Part shown: in pieces, positions 18,480 through 27,591 of the stretch
How positions within the stretch are numbered: position 1 is the first letter of the stretch
How the letters are laid out: each line of letters begins with the position of its first letter
DNA from: Candidatus Aenigmatarchaeota archaeon
GTDB taxonomy: Archaea; Aenigmatarchaeota; Aenigmatarchaeia; GW2011-AR5
Length of the DNA stretch: 64,000 nt
Direction of reading: 5' to 3'
NCBI GenBank assembly: GCA_041645025.1
Contig: JBAZQV010000001.1
Coordinates: forward strand, 1,519-65,518
The notes under the pieces: generated by a model
Told to the model about the DNA's origin: nothing
The model's input: only the letters and a program-made list of their open reading frames with translations
Databases searched by the model: none
Position numbers and translations under genes: made by a program

Positions 18480-19424
18480 ATGCGCAAAAGTACTATGAAA
18501 ACCGATACCGCTGTAAAGGGCTACGATTTTTCCAAGGGCCTGGACCTGAAGAGTTTCCTTGAAGCCTATGCGACGACCGGGCTGCAGGCGTCCAACCTGA
18601 CAAAGGCTATAGAAATAGCCAAAAAGATGAGAAAGGAGAAGGTCACAGTATTTCTTGGCTACACCTCTAACATGATTTCCTCGGGCGTGCGTGAGTCCAT
18701 CCTATATCTTGTAAAAAACAAACTAGTGCATGCTATAGTAACCACGGCTGGCGGCGTAGAAGAGGATATAATAAAGTGCATCAAACCTTTCATATTGGGA
18801 GATTTTCGTCTTGACGGGGCAGCACTGCGCCGCCAGGGCATAAACAGGACAGGTAATATTCTGGTTCCCAATGACAGGTACATAGAATTTGAAAAGATAT
18901 TTACTCCATTTCTAAAGAAGCTTTTGGAAGAGCAGAAGCAAACAGGAAAGATAGCCACACCCACGGAGATTTGTAAGAGACTGGGAGAACTGGGTGATGA
19001 GACGTCTGTTCTTTACTGGGCACAGAAAAATAACATACCAGTTTTCTGCCCAGGCATAACCGATGGTTCCATGGGTGACATGATTTTCTTTTTCAAGAGC
19101 GAGAACCCGGAGTTCAAGGTTGATGTGTCTGATGATATCCACAATATAATAGACATGGTAATGGACTCAGGAAAGACGGGCGCGATAATCCTTGGCGGCT
19201 CCCTGCCAAAGCATCACATAATGAATGCTAACGGCGTTTTGGATGGTCTCAAGTATGCCATATACATAAACACTGCTACCGAAGGCGATGGATCGGACTC
19301 GGGTGCAATGCCTGAAGAAGCAAAGAGCTGGGGCAAGGCTGATTATGATGCTGATTGTGTAAAGGTTAGCATGGACGCTACGATAGCATTTCCGCTTCTT
19401 GTGGCGGGACTGGTGATTGAATGA
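18480..19424 (+). CDS. dys: Deoxyhypusine synthase, copy 1 (start trimmed to MRKSTMKT)
   Basis: 314 aa; GGSLPKHHIMNAN and NTATEGDGSDSGA motifs. Confidence 0.85.
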   Translation: MRKSTMKTDTAVKGYDFSKGLDLKSFLEAYATTGLQASNLTKAIEIAKKMRKEKVTVFLGYTSNMISSGVRESILYLVKNKLVHAIVTTAGGVEEDIIKCIKPFILGDFRLDGAALRRQGINRTGNILVPNDRYIEFEKIFTPFLKKLLEEQKQTGKIATPTEICKRLGELGDETSVLYWAQKNNIPVFCPGITDGSMGDMIFFFKSENPEFKVDVSDDIHNIIDMVMDSGKTGAIILGGSLPKHHIMNANGVLDGLKYAIYINTATEGDGSDSGAMPEEAKSWGKADYDADCVKVSMDATIAFPLLVAGLVIE

Positions 19425-20377
19425 GCAAGATGAATGAAGCTAAAGACAGCATATTCAAGGACTCCACAGAGCCGGAAGGCCTTGAAATAAAGGGCTACGA
19501 TTTTTCAAAACAACCAACCCTGAGTAAATTAATAGAAAGCTTTTACTCTACAGGATTCCAGGCTTCTCATCTGGGCAGGGCCATAGAAGTTGCAAAGAAG
19601 ATGAGAAAGGGGAATGTGACAATATTTCTTGGTTTTGGCGCAGATGCAGTTGCTTCCGGCGTCCGCGAGTCTATATCTTATCTTGTAAAAAATAAGATAG
19701 TTCATGCGCTAGTGACCACGGCCGATGGCATTGAAGCCGATGTCATAAGGACAAGGAAAGATTTTGTTCTGAATGGAAAGGGGAAACGCGGGGATAATTT
19801 TGTAGGAAATATTATGATTCCATGCGACGGGTATAAAATATTCACAGATATTCTAAACAAGACGCTTTCCGAGTTGTATGTGGAACAGAAAAAATCAGGA
19901 GAAATAGCTACACCGGGTAAAATTGCAAAAAGTCTGGGAAAGGTGTGCGATGAAACTTCTATACTGTATTGGGCACAGAAAAATAACATACCGGTTTTCT
20001 GTCCTGGCATAACTGACGGCGCCACGGGAAATATAATATCTTCATTCAAGTCAAAGAGCAGGGACTTCAAGCTGGACGTGAGTGATGATGTTGTTATTCT
20101 TGAGGACACGGTCCTGGACGCCAAAGAGACAGGCGCAATAATTCTCGGCGGTTCCCTGCCAAAGCACCATATAATGAATGCTAATATGATGCGCGAGGGC
20201 ACCAAGTACACGATTTACATTAACACAGCCATGGAAGGAGACGGCTCGGACAGTGGTGCGCTGCCAGAGGAAGCAAAGAGCTGGGGGAAAGCTGCCGCAG
20301 ATGTTGATTCGGTGAAGGTTCAGGCAGATGCCAGCATAGTTTTTCCTCTGCTGGTCGCTGGGGCTTTTGTTGACTAG
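19421..20377 (+). CDS. dys: Deoxyhypusine synthase, copy 2 (tandem paralog, overlapping stop/start)
   Basis: 318 aa; about 55-60% identical to copy 1 by eye; the same motifs are conserved. Confidence 0.85.
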   Translation: MSKMNEAKDSIFKDSTEPEGLEIKGYDFSKQPTLSKLIESFYSTGFQASHLGRAIEVAKKMRKGNVTIFLGFGADAVASGVRESISYLVKNKIVHALVTTADGIEADVIRTRKDFVLNGKGKRGDNFVGNIMIPCDGYKIFTDILNKTLSELYVEQKKSGEIATPGKIAKSLGKVCDETSILYWAQKNNIPVFCPGITDGATGNIISSFKSKSRDFKLDVSDDVVILEDTVLDAKETGAIILGGSLPKHHIMNANMMREGTKYTIYINTAMEGDGSDSGALPEEAKSWGKAAADVDSVKVQADASIVFPLLVAGAFVD

Positions 20378-20379
20378 AA

Positions 20380-21003
20380 TCAATAAAAAATTTCAAAAAT
20401 ATAAAAGTCATCATTCTTGATTTTCACGGTCTTTATTACACTATACCTAAATTTATGTTTTTTAATTAAGTCGTAAAGTATGTTTATATTTCCAAACGAG
20501 GCGTAAAGCAGAATGATTTTCCCTTTTAATTTCAAGTGATTTTCGACGCCATCAAAAAACCTCTTCAATAATTTGGAATCTTTGTCGTAGGCTGCTATTT
20601 CCAAACTATCTTTAGGATCTTTCATCTGATTAAAAGGAATATTAAAAATTACAACGTCAAATTTCTCAGTTATGCGCTGAAATAAATTGCTCTTGCGGAC
20701 CTCTATTTTTTTATTGAGATTGAGACGGTCTATGTTTTCTTTTGCGCACTTTATAGCATCATTAGAGATATCCGTTGCAATTATCTTTTTTGCGTTTTTA
20801 GACGCTATTACCGCCTGCAGCCCGGTGCCGGTTCCCATATCCAGTACGAATGAGTCTTTAGGGATATTCAGATTCTCCGCCAAAAATTTTGAATCTAAAT
20901 AGAACCAAACCTCTTTGAAGACTTTAAGCCTTATGTCATTGAAACACACTTCTCTGTCGCCTTTACTGCGTAATTCTCTTATTAAATCATCAGTTTGTGG
21001 CAT
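20380..21003 (-). CDS. Class I SAM-dependent methyltransferase (HemK/Mtq2-like)
   Basis: DMGTGTGLQAVIAS motif I and FNIPF (NPPY-like) motif IV. Confidence 0.55.
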   Translation of the reverse strand: MPQTDDLIRELRSKGDREVCFNDIRLKVFKEVWFYLDSKFLAENLNIPKDSFVLDMGTGTGLQAVIASKNAKKIIATDISNDAIKCAKENIDRLNLNKKIEVRKSNLFQRITEKFDVVIFNIPFNQMKDPKDSLEIAAYDKDSKLLKRFFDGVENHLKLKGKIILLYASFGNINILYDLIKKHKFRYSVIKTVKIKNDDFYIFEIFY

Positions 21004-21007
21004 ACTT

Positions 21008-22177
21008 TTACCTTCCTGCTCTTATGGATATTACGTCGCCATTCTTTAGCTGGTAGCTGGCTGAGACGTTTCTTCCTGTCCTGGCGTCTATGGCTGCCAC
21101 GAACTTCTTTCCAATATCCTCATGCACCCTGAAGGCAAGGTCAAGGGCTGTTGCGCCGCGCTTCATAAGCAGCGCGTGCGGCAGGACGTTATCTTTTTTA
21201 TCGCTAAACTTGTGCTCGTTCTCAACAGGATAGACAACAATCATGTCGAGTATTTTGAAAACTATGGTATCTATTATTTCCTGGACTCCTGTGGAGCCGT
21301 GTTTCTTCATCAGGTCGCGTATGAAATTAAGCGCGGCGAGGCGACGCTCGTCTAGTTTTTCCAGCAGCTCGAAGTCTGCGGCACCGGGGGTGTAGCGTAT
21401 TATTCCTTTTTCAGCTGCACGCCTAAGCGCCAGCTCGGACACGGCAGAGCAGGGAAACAAATTAAAGCCAAGGTCAGTTAGACGTTCTACATTCTTTTCC
21501 GATACTGGTATGTCGATTTTATTTGCCGCGAGTATTATGGGCTTGCTCTTCTCACGCAGGAGTTTTATGAATTTGAGCAACTCGTAGTTATCTGACTGTG
21601 TTGCAATCCCTGTCTCGTTAAGGGCGTCCTCAACTTCCTGGAGTTTTACTCCAAGCCCGGACAGTTGCTTGTAAACAACATCTGACAACTTCTCTTTTGT
21701 TGTCTCAATGCGTTTTGACAGCGACTGGAAGTTCCTCTTTAGTATGCCGAGAATCCAGTAGTCTATCTCCTCTTCCAAGAACTTGATGTCATCTTTAGGG
21801 TCGTGCCCGGAACAAGGGTTTCCGTTCTCGTCCGTAGAGCCTGATATGTCTATCACATGAACAAGCGCGTTCGCTTCCATTATGTCGGAGAGAAACTGGT
21901 TGCCAAGACCCTTTCCTTTGTGGGCGTCGGGCACAAGGCCTGCTATGTCAATCATTTTTACAGGAACGAAGCGCATGCCGTCAATGCATTTGGAGTTTTG
22001 GGCGTTGCAACGGACGTTCAGCTGTTTGCAAGGGCACGGAACGCGCACATAGGTCACGCCCTTGTTGGGCTCGATGGTCGTGAATATACGATTGCTTATC
22101 TCTACATCAACAAGTGTAGCCGCAGAAAACAGCGTACTTTTTCCGCTATTCGGCTTTCCCACAAGACCGATTAACAT
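21008..22177 (-). CDS. Developmentally-regulated/Obg-like GTP-binding protein with a C-terminal TGS domain
   Basis: G1 GKPNSGKST; 389 aa; C-terminal GDVISIRAG TGS-like. Confidence 0.85.
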   Translation of the reverse strand: MLIGLVGKPNSGKSTLFSAATLVDVEISNRIFTTIEPNKGVTYVRVPCPCKQLNVRCNAQNSKCIDGMRFVPVKMIDIAGLVPDAHKGKGLGNQFLSDIMEANALVHVIDISGSTDENGNPCSGHDPKDDIKFLEEEIDYWILGILKRNFQSLSKRIETTKEKLSDVVYKQLSGLGVKLQEVEDALNETGIATQSDNYELLKFIKLLREKSKPIILAANKIDIPVSEKNVERLTDLGFNLFPCSAVSELALRRAAEKGIIRYTPGAADFELLEKLDERRLAALNFIRDLMKKHGSTGVQEIIDTIVFKILDMIVVYPVENEHKFSDKKDNVLPHALLMKRGATALDLAFRVHEDIGKKFVAAIDARTGRNVSASYQLKNGDVISIRAGR

Positions 22178-22381
22178 GTAGAAGATAAGATTACATAATT
22201 TTAAGAAAGAAGAAGTAAAACCAGACGGCTGATCTACTTCTGATTTAGGTATGACAGTAAATAAGGCAAAAGGTCAGACTACGTCTTTAGTAACAGGGCT
22301 AAAGAGAGGTGCACGAAAAACGACCATTTTTTAGACTTAGAAAAGGTTTAATAAAGTCCAGCATAATTTTACTTTGTTATT

Positions 22382-22858
22382 ATGAAGATATGCAAAGTCT
22401 GCCTGCAGAGCAACATCCTATGCTTAGCCTGCAACAGAAAACTGGAACAAGGAGAAATAAAGGAAATAGAAGTCAAGCTGTCCCGGGAGCTACACAAGAT
22501 AAACATGGAAAGAGACATGAGCCTTGATTTTGTCAGTATTGTAGAGAACGACAACAAGTTGTTTGTGGTTGTAGATAGCAAACACGCAGCCAGATTCATA
22601 GGACCCGGCGGAAAGAATATCAAAAAACTTTCCCATGACCTCGGCAAACAGGTAAAACTTCTGGAAAAGGCAGAAGGCAGCGACAAACACGTTATAGAGA
22701 AACTGATAGGTGCGCCAATTATAGGGATAAATAAAATTTACTCAGGTATTGAATCGTACAAGGTTCGTGTGGAAAAAAGATACATGAAGAATGTTCAGCC
22801 ACTGGCTGATGTAGTGGGCAAAATAATCGGGAAGAAGGTTAGCTTTGTTTTTGAGTGA
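22382..22858 (+). CDS. KH-domain RNA-binding protein with an N-terminal Cys-rich (zinc-ribbon-like) segment
   Basis: GPGGKNIKKL GXXG loop; CKVC...CLAC N-terminus. Confidence 0.55.
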   Translation: MKICKVCLQSNILCLACNRKLEQGEIKEIEVKLSRELHKINMERDMSLDFVSIVENDNKLFVVVDSKHAARFIGPGGKNIKKLSHDLGKQVKLLEKAEGSDKHVIEKLIGAPIIGINKIYSGIESYKVRVEKRYMKNVQPLADVVGKIIGKKVSFVFE

Positions 22859-23254
22859 TTAGTTTCTTTTTTCTTTACCAAAATCTAATATTTTTGAAAC
22901 GGCTTCTCCGCAATAATCTCTACAACCCAGCCTTTCTGATAAAAAGTCTACTGCATCCATTGCTTCTGGGAAACCTCCTATTGAAGTTCCATCCATTCTT
23001 CTTGTTCCATAACCTATGGTAAGTCCCAACACCAAAAAATCACGAAATAAAGTCTCCACCTGAGGTTGTTCGTAGTCTGGTATATCAAGAGGCCTCATGA
23101 ATATACCTCTTGGGTGGTTTAGCGCCCCGGACTTTATTCCATAGCAAAAGACATCAAGGCAGTAGCGGGAAACCTTTGCATAGATGTCTGGTCTTATTTC
23201 TCTGAACTTGTCAAGTATATCTGGCAGGTCGCGTTCGATAATGGCTTTGTACAT
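22859..23254 (-). CDS. Hypothetical protein
   Basis: 131-aa ORF. Confidence 0.4.
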   Translation of the reverse strand: MYKAIIERDLPDILDKFREIRPDIYAKVSRYCLDVFCYGIKSGALNHPRGIFMRPLDIPDYEQPQVETLFRDFLVLGLTIGYGTRRMDGTSIGGFPEAMDAVDFLSERLGCRDYCGEAVSKILDFGKEKRN

Positions 23255-23295
23255 ACAAGTGAGAATTATTGAAAAGTATTAAAAACATAATTAAC

Positions 23296-23350
23296 CCTTT
23301 TTCTTGGGAAGAAAAAGCCCTACTGGAAAAAGAACATATTATAAAAAGGA
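23296..23350 (+). promoter_or_regulatory. U-rich palindrome (CTTTTTCTTGGGAAGAAAAAG) plus BRE/TATA-like AAAAAGAACATATTATAAAAAG module
   Basis: Same module family as 1677-1735, 29327-29393 and 55401-55451. Confidence 0.4.
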
Positions 23351-23361
23351 TATCACTGCAC

Positions 23362-23727
23362 TTAATATCGTCTTCCAGTCAGGCGCACTTCGAGATTCTT
23401 CAGACGCTCGTTTATGGTCTCCGTCATGCTGCGTATAGCAGCAAGCTGGCTCTCTATGAGGTTGAGGCGGTCAATGACTTCATAACGGTCGCCGCCTCTT
23501 TCTGCTGTTTGCTCGGGAAATCTTGTGTCCACGGTGCTAAATCCCGGTGGTTCATCAAATCGCCTTATAGGCTCATCGAACGTCGGAACTTCCACAGGCT
23601 TTTCAAAACGCCTTGGCGGAAAATCCGGCTCTGGCGGTGCTAGAAGGTCTCTGCCAACTACATTTGACCTTATATCTTCTAAATCGTCATAACGTTTGTG
23701 CATCCTGTTTTTTAGCCAACTCATCAT
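23362..23727 (-). CDS. Hypothetical charged/coiled-coil protein flanked by 20-bp direct repeats
   Basis: 121 aa; perfect 20-bp direct repeats TATAAAAAGGATATCACTGC at 23340-23359 and 23761-23780. Confidence 0.4.
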   Translation of the reverse strand: MMSWLKNRMHKRYDDLEDIRSNVVGRDLLAPPEPDFPPRRFEKPVEVPTFDEPIRRFDEPPGFSTVDTRFPEQTAERGGDRYEVIDRLNLIESQLAAIRSMTETINERLKNLEVRLTGRRY

Positions 23728-23809
23728 AATTACACACTGATTATAATTCGGCTTCTGCAGTATAAAAAGGATATCACTGCTAAACTAAAACATAAGAATT
23801 CATTTTGAG

Positions 23810-24301
23810 TTATTCTTCAGCCTTGTTTATCTTGAACTTATTCAGTATAAAGTCGCGCATGTCATAGATGTTGTCCTTTCCCATTTCAAGGTAATTGCGG
23901 CGCTGCTTGTAGTAGAAAGCGAGATTGTAGGCCCACCAGAAACCCCTCTGGATGAAATTGCTGAATTCGTATTTTGTTTCCAGCGTGCCTTTTATTTCAA
24001 TAACAAACCAGCCTGACTTCTCTTTTGAGTGCTGAAAACCCTGCACCATGACGCGCAAATATGTTTTTGACCAGTTATCTTCGGTGCGTTTTCCCATCCA
24101 GACGCCGTAGAATTCGTTGGGGTCGGATGTAACATCCCATCTTATGTCTGTTTCGAGCAGGTCTTTCCCGGGTATTTTCATGATGGCTTTTATCATGTCC
24201 GGTGCCATGCTCATTATGGCAACCGGTTCCGAGCCAGTGTACTTTATTTTTATGCGGTCTGCTGGCGCTATAAGGTCGTCAATGATATTCAGTTTGCCCA
24301 T
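23810..24301 (-). CDS. Hypothetical protein, paralog A of a tandem pair
   Basis: 163 aa; shares the pattern W..Y......YYKQRRNYLEMGK with the next ORF (...YQHKRMEYLNLGK). Confidence 0.5.
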   Translation of the reverse strand: MGKLNIIDDLIAPADRIKIKYTGSEPVAIMSMAPDMIKAIMKIPGKDLLETDIRWDVTSDPNEFYGVWMGKRTEDNWSKTYLRVMVQGFQHSKEKSGWFVIEIKGTLETKYEFSNFIQRGFWWAYNLAFYYKQRRNYLEMGKDNIYDMRDFILNKFKINKAEE

Positions 24302-24356
24302 AGTATATTGTATTGCATTTACAGTATTTATAAAAACTAGCTGCTGGTTGCTTTAA

Positions 24357-24875
24357 TTACGCTGGGGTGCCTTCGCGCAGCGTTTCGCCAAAGTGCTTTA
24401 CACTGGACTCCATAGAGGTCAGCAGCTCCTTTCCCAGGTTAAGATATTCCATGCGCTTGTGCTGGTAGAACGTGTTGTGCCAGAAGCGCCTCAACATTTC
24501 GTACATGAGGTTCTGCTGCCATATGGTGTCCTGCGGATATTCTGTAATCAGTCTTGGCTTGAGCCTTATTACTGCCTTGCCCTCGCCGTTTGCTGTTGCA
24601 CCTTTTAATGAGATTTCCACGACAATATAAGAATAGACATCAAGCACCTTGTTTACTTCCCAGTCAATCTCGAATTTTTCAGATTCCTTGCCCTTCTCCC
24701 AGCTGTAGTTCTTTTCCTGCACATATGCATCGGGCACGTTGAATACTGTTCTTATGAGTTCATTCAGTTTCTTGTAGAACTGCTCGGGATTTGGCCCCAC
24801 ATAGCTGATACGAATATCCTTGATGGGTTCAAATATATAATCCCATATCAGAAGCTTTGTCCTTGCCCATACCAT
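24357..24875 (-). CDS. Hypothetical protein, paralog B of a tandem pair
   Basis: 172 aa; co-linear similarity to 23810-24301. Confidence 0.5.
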   Translation of the reverse strand: MVWARTKLLIWDYIFEPIKDIRISYVGPNPEQFYKKLNELIRTVFNVPDAYVQEKNYSWEKGKESEKFEIDWEVNKVLDVYSYIVVEISLKGATANGEGKAVIRLKPRLITEYPQDTIWQQNLMYEMLRRFWHNTFYQHKRMEYLNLGKELLTSMESSVKHFGETLREGTPA

Positions 24876-25180
24876 TCTCTACACCTGCCTAATAATTCCT
24901 CTTAATTATACTTGTCTCTTCTGTATAAAAAGAATACTATAAGATTTGTGAATTCTTTTATGCTCAAAATTGCAAAGCAATTTTGGCATGCCAGAAAGCT
25001 TTGCTTTCTTAGCATACCGGAATACATGATTGAGCAAAGCTCAATCTGTATAGGTTGAATAAAATTCAACCTTATACCACGAATAATACCACTGTTCAAA
25101 GACGGCGGTATTCCTTGTATAAATTGATTTTGTAGGCACCAAAAGCAAAGTTAAATATTGCACAAGGACAATAATGATTT

Positions 25181-25519
25181 ATGGTACTTGACATAATAGT
25201 TGCGGCGGTTCTTCTTGCATTTGGAATTCTTACTATATGGTTCTCTTTTGAAAGCGATCTGAATGACAAAAATCTTGTTCTTGTCCTCCTGATCGCCATC
25301 GCGGCTATTATCGCCGGCGGGTGGATAATAATTACAAAGCTTACTCTGGCACTTGTGCTTACAAAACTTGCCGGGCTTGTTCTTGCAGGAGTAGGACTGT
25401 TCCTCATAATCGGTTTTCCTGATGTCAATCCGGACTACCAGAGAGTGGGCATGTCAAAGGCAGGCATATTCATCGGTCTTATTCTGCTTATCATAGGCGC
25501 GTATCTGCTGTTTTTCTGA
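25181..25519 (+). CDS. Small polytopic membrane protein
   Basis: 112 aa, almost entirely hydrophobic helices. Confidence 0.45.
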   Translation: MVLDIIVAAVLLAFGILTIWFSFESDLNDKNLVLVLLIAIAAIIAGGWIIITKLTLALVLTKLAGLVLAGVGLFLIIGFPDVNPDYQRVGMSKAGIFIGLILLIIGAYLLFF

Positions 25520-25536
25520 GTAAACCAAAGACATAT

Positions 25537-25632
25537 CTATAGTAGAAGACATTAGTTTTCATACAAAATAATGTCTTCTGCATATAGCAGTGACATCATA
25601 ATATGTACGGTTATTTATGTCACATGCTATAA
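25537..25632 (+). repeat. 96-bp repeat A, left copy, two internal hairpins; inverted partner at 46717-46812
   Basis: 94/96 identity to the reverse complement of 46717-46812; stems AGAAGACATT/AATGTCTTCT and TATAGCAGTGACAT/ATGTCACATGCTATA. Confidence 0.8.
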
Positions 25633-25658
25633 GATGAACATTTTACAATAAATGTTCG

Positions 25659-25723
25659 TCTGGATCCCATCTTCTCATAAATTCATGTATTTAGCCATAT
25701 GGGTATACAAAGAAGATGTGATA
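25659..25723 (+). repeat. Repeat B copy 2
   Basis: TCTGGATCCCATCTTCTCAT ... ACAAAGAAGATGTGATA; same ends as 11878-11937 with a different loop. Confidence 0.5.
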
Positions 25724-25852
25724 AGTTTTAACCTGTTGAACTAGCCGAGTAAAGAAAACTTTATAGCCCATGAAAGAAATAACAGATATATTATACCTAT
25801 GATAACTATGAGCGAAACAGAAATTATTACTCTTTTCGCTCTGTAGAAAGGG

Positions 25853-27526
25853 ATGACATATATGAAAGAACCAAAATGGATTCTTGAGAAACTGGATCGA
25901 AATCCTCTTAGAGGTGATATTCTTAATGACGATTTGGTTAATAGAATGTCTAGAGCCGGTGCAAAATGGTTAGGTCATGCCATAGCTGCAGGGCCTTTTG
26001 AGGCACACATTTCGTTGGATTTTACAGGGTCACCAGGTTCGGTTTCGGGCATTTACTACAGCTTGTGCTTCTGGCTCCGAAAGTGGGAGTATCAGGTCCA
26101 AAAGTCTGACGAGTGGATAGAGGTTTCGCCTGTTCATGCACAATATTATCAGCTTACACAGAAGCAAAAGGAGGAACTGGAGGGGAAAATAAAACAGGGG
26201 CTTGTTTCAGTTTCACAATCAGTAGCAGACATGGAACTGCTCATGCACGACAGAAGACGCTACCATGAATTTCTTCACTATCTGGGCTATAAGACACCTG
26301 CAGAGTGGGTGAAAACTGACCAAAAAGCTGAGAAGGAACACAATCATCCGGCAGAGGAAATGGACGATGTCTGCACGGCTTCTGGCGACAGCAGGGACAA
26401 GCTGATAAAGAAGAATATAGACAACCACTCGCTGAAGGCAGTGTTCATTGACCAGGTTGATATGCATACGGGCGAGGGCATATCCATGAGAAGCATAGTC
26501 AGCCGGTGGCCTACCCTGATAACGGATTTCATCAAGATGGATGACGAGGACATGAATGCCGACAAGGTAAAGGACAAGCTGGATGTTTCAAAGGCAGAAG
26601 CGGTTATTCTCATCACAAAGAACAAGCTCTACCAGGAATGGAAAAACATATTCGGACCAGAAATAAAAAACCGCTACGTGCGGATACACGAGCTTGTAAA
26701 AGCCAGGCAGGCGTCTGTTGAGCAGTACAAGGAGTGGCTCAAGCCCTATGTTGCCAGGCACAGGCTGATACAGGAAGGCCTATCCAAAGCAGAAAGACGG
26801 GGAAGCACCACCACATCTTTCATAACAAGCGGAGGAACAGCTACTTCTTCTGCGGAGATAGTCCTATATGTCTGGAAGGACTTCATTGTTCCGGAACTCT
26901 TCAAGGGCGGAACCGAGGACATGGCAAAGATAACAATGGGGGAGCCGGGCAAACGGCAGCTTGAAGTTGACGATAAATGGACCAAGCAGAACCTCATATT
27001 TGGCAAGGAATTTGGGCTGATAAACATATATCCCTGGATAACTGAAGAATGGGTTCAGAAGCAGAAAGAAGATATGTTCAATGACGGATGGCTTACGACC
27101 CACAAACATTACTATTCATTTTTCCAGATAAAAATAAAGAAGACAGGGATTCGCATGCCAACAGGCGATGAGCTGGAGGACGGCATATTTGATGTCAACA
27201 TGTTTTTCATGACGCAGAACGTAGTTTTCTGCAAACTGCTCGAGCTCAAGGCAAAACAGCAGGAAATGGAACACCACATAGACAAGCTTCTTGGCGTCTA
27301 TAAGCCGCCTAAAGGCAGTGTGCCCCCCTATGCGGAGAAAAATGAAAGTGTTATTTCCAAGGTGCTTGACAAATTTTCCATGACATTTGAAATGGCGAAA
27401 CGCGGGCCTTATGAGCGTGATTTTGACGAGCGCCTGACAAAGGTATGCTTTGCCCGCTGCGCCGGCGAGCGCTATGCTCCTATTGTTGGCTACATAAAGA
27501 AGAAGATGGGCATGCCTGGCAGCTGA
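25853..27526 (+). CDS. Large hypothetical protein (557 aa)
   Basis: Long ORF with good coding character; no motif recognised. Confidence 0.5.
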   Translation: MTYMKEPKWILEKLDRNPLRGDILNDDLVNRMSRAGAKWLGHAIAAGPFEAHISLDFTGSPGSVSGIYYSLCFWLRKWEYQVQKSDEWIEVSPVHAQYYQLTQKQKEELEGKIKQGLVSVSQSVADMELLMHDRRRYHEFLHYLGYKTPAEWVKTDQKAEKEHNHPAEEMDDVCTASGDSRDKLIKKNIDNHSLKAVFIDQVDMHTGEGISMRSIVSRWPTLITDFIKMDDEDMNADKVKDKLDVSKAEAVILITKNKLYQEWKNIFGPEIKNRYVRIHELVKARQASVEQYKEWLKPYVARHRLIQEGLSKAERRGSTTTSFITSGGTATSSAEIVLYVWKDFIVPELFKGGTEDMAKITMGEPGKRQLEVDDKWTKQNLIFGKEFGLINIYPWITEEWVQKQKEDMFNDGWLTTHKHYYSFFQIKIKKTGIRMPTGDELEDGIFDVNMFFMTQNVVFCKLLELKAKQQEMEHHIDKLLGVYKPPKGSVPPYAEKNESVISKVLDKFSMTFEMAKRGPYERDFDERLTKVCFARCAGERYAPIVGYIKKKMGMPGS

Positions 27527-27591
27527 GTAAAAATAAGGATGGAACGCTAGGCAGGATGAAGACGACCCCGCCTCGCTCTTAGTAAAAAGAT

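Noticed and set aside
23269-23643. Plus-strand ORF (124 aa) overlapping the minus-strand 121-aa gene
   Set aside because: Its composition is low-complexity and it lies antisense to a better-behaved ORF. It was kept only as a possible antisense transcript driven by the TATA-containing direct repeat, not as a CDS.
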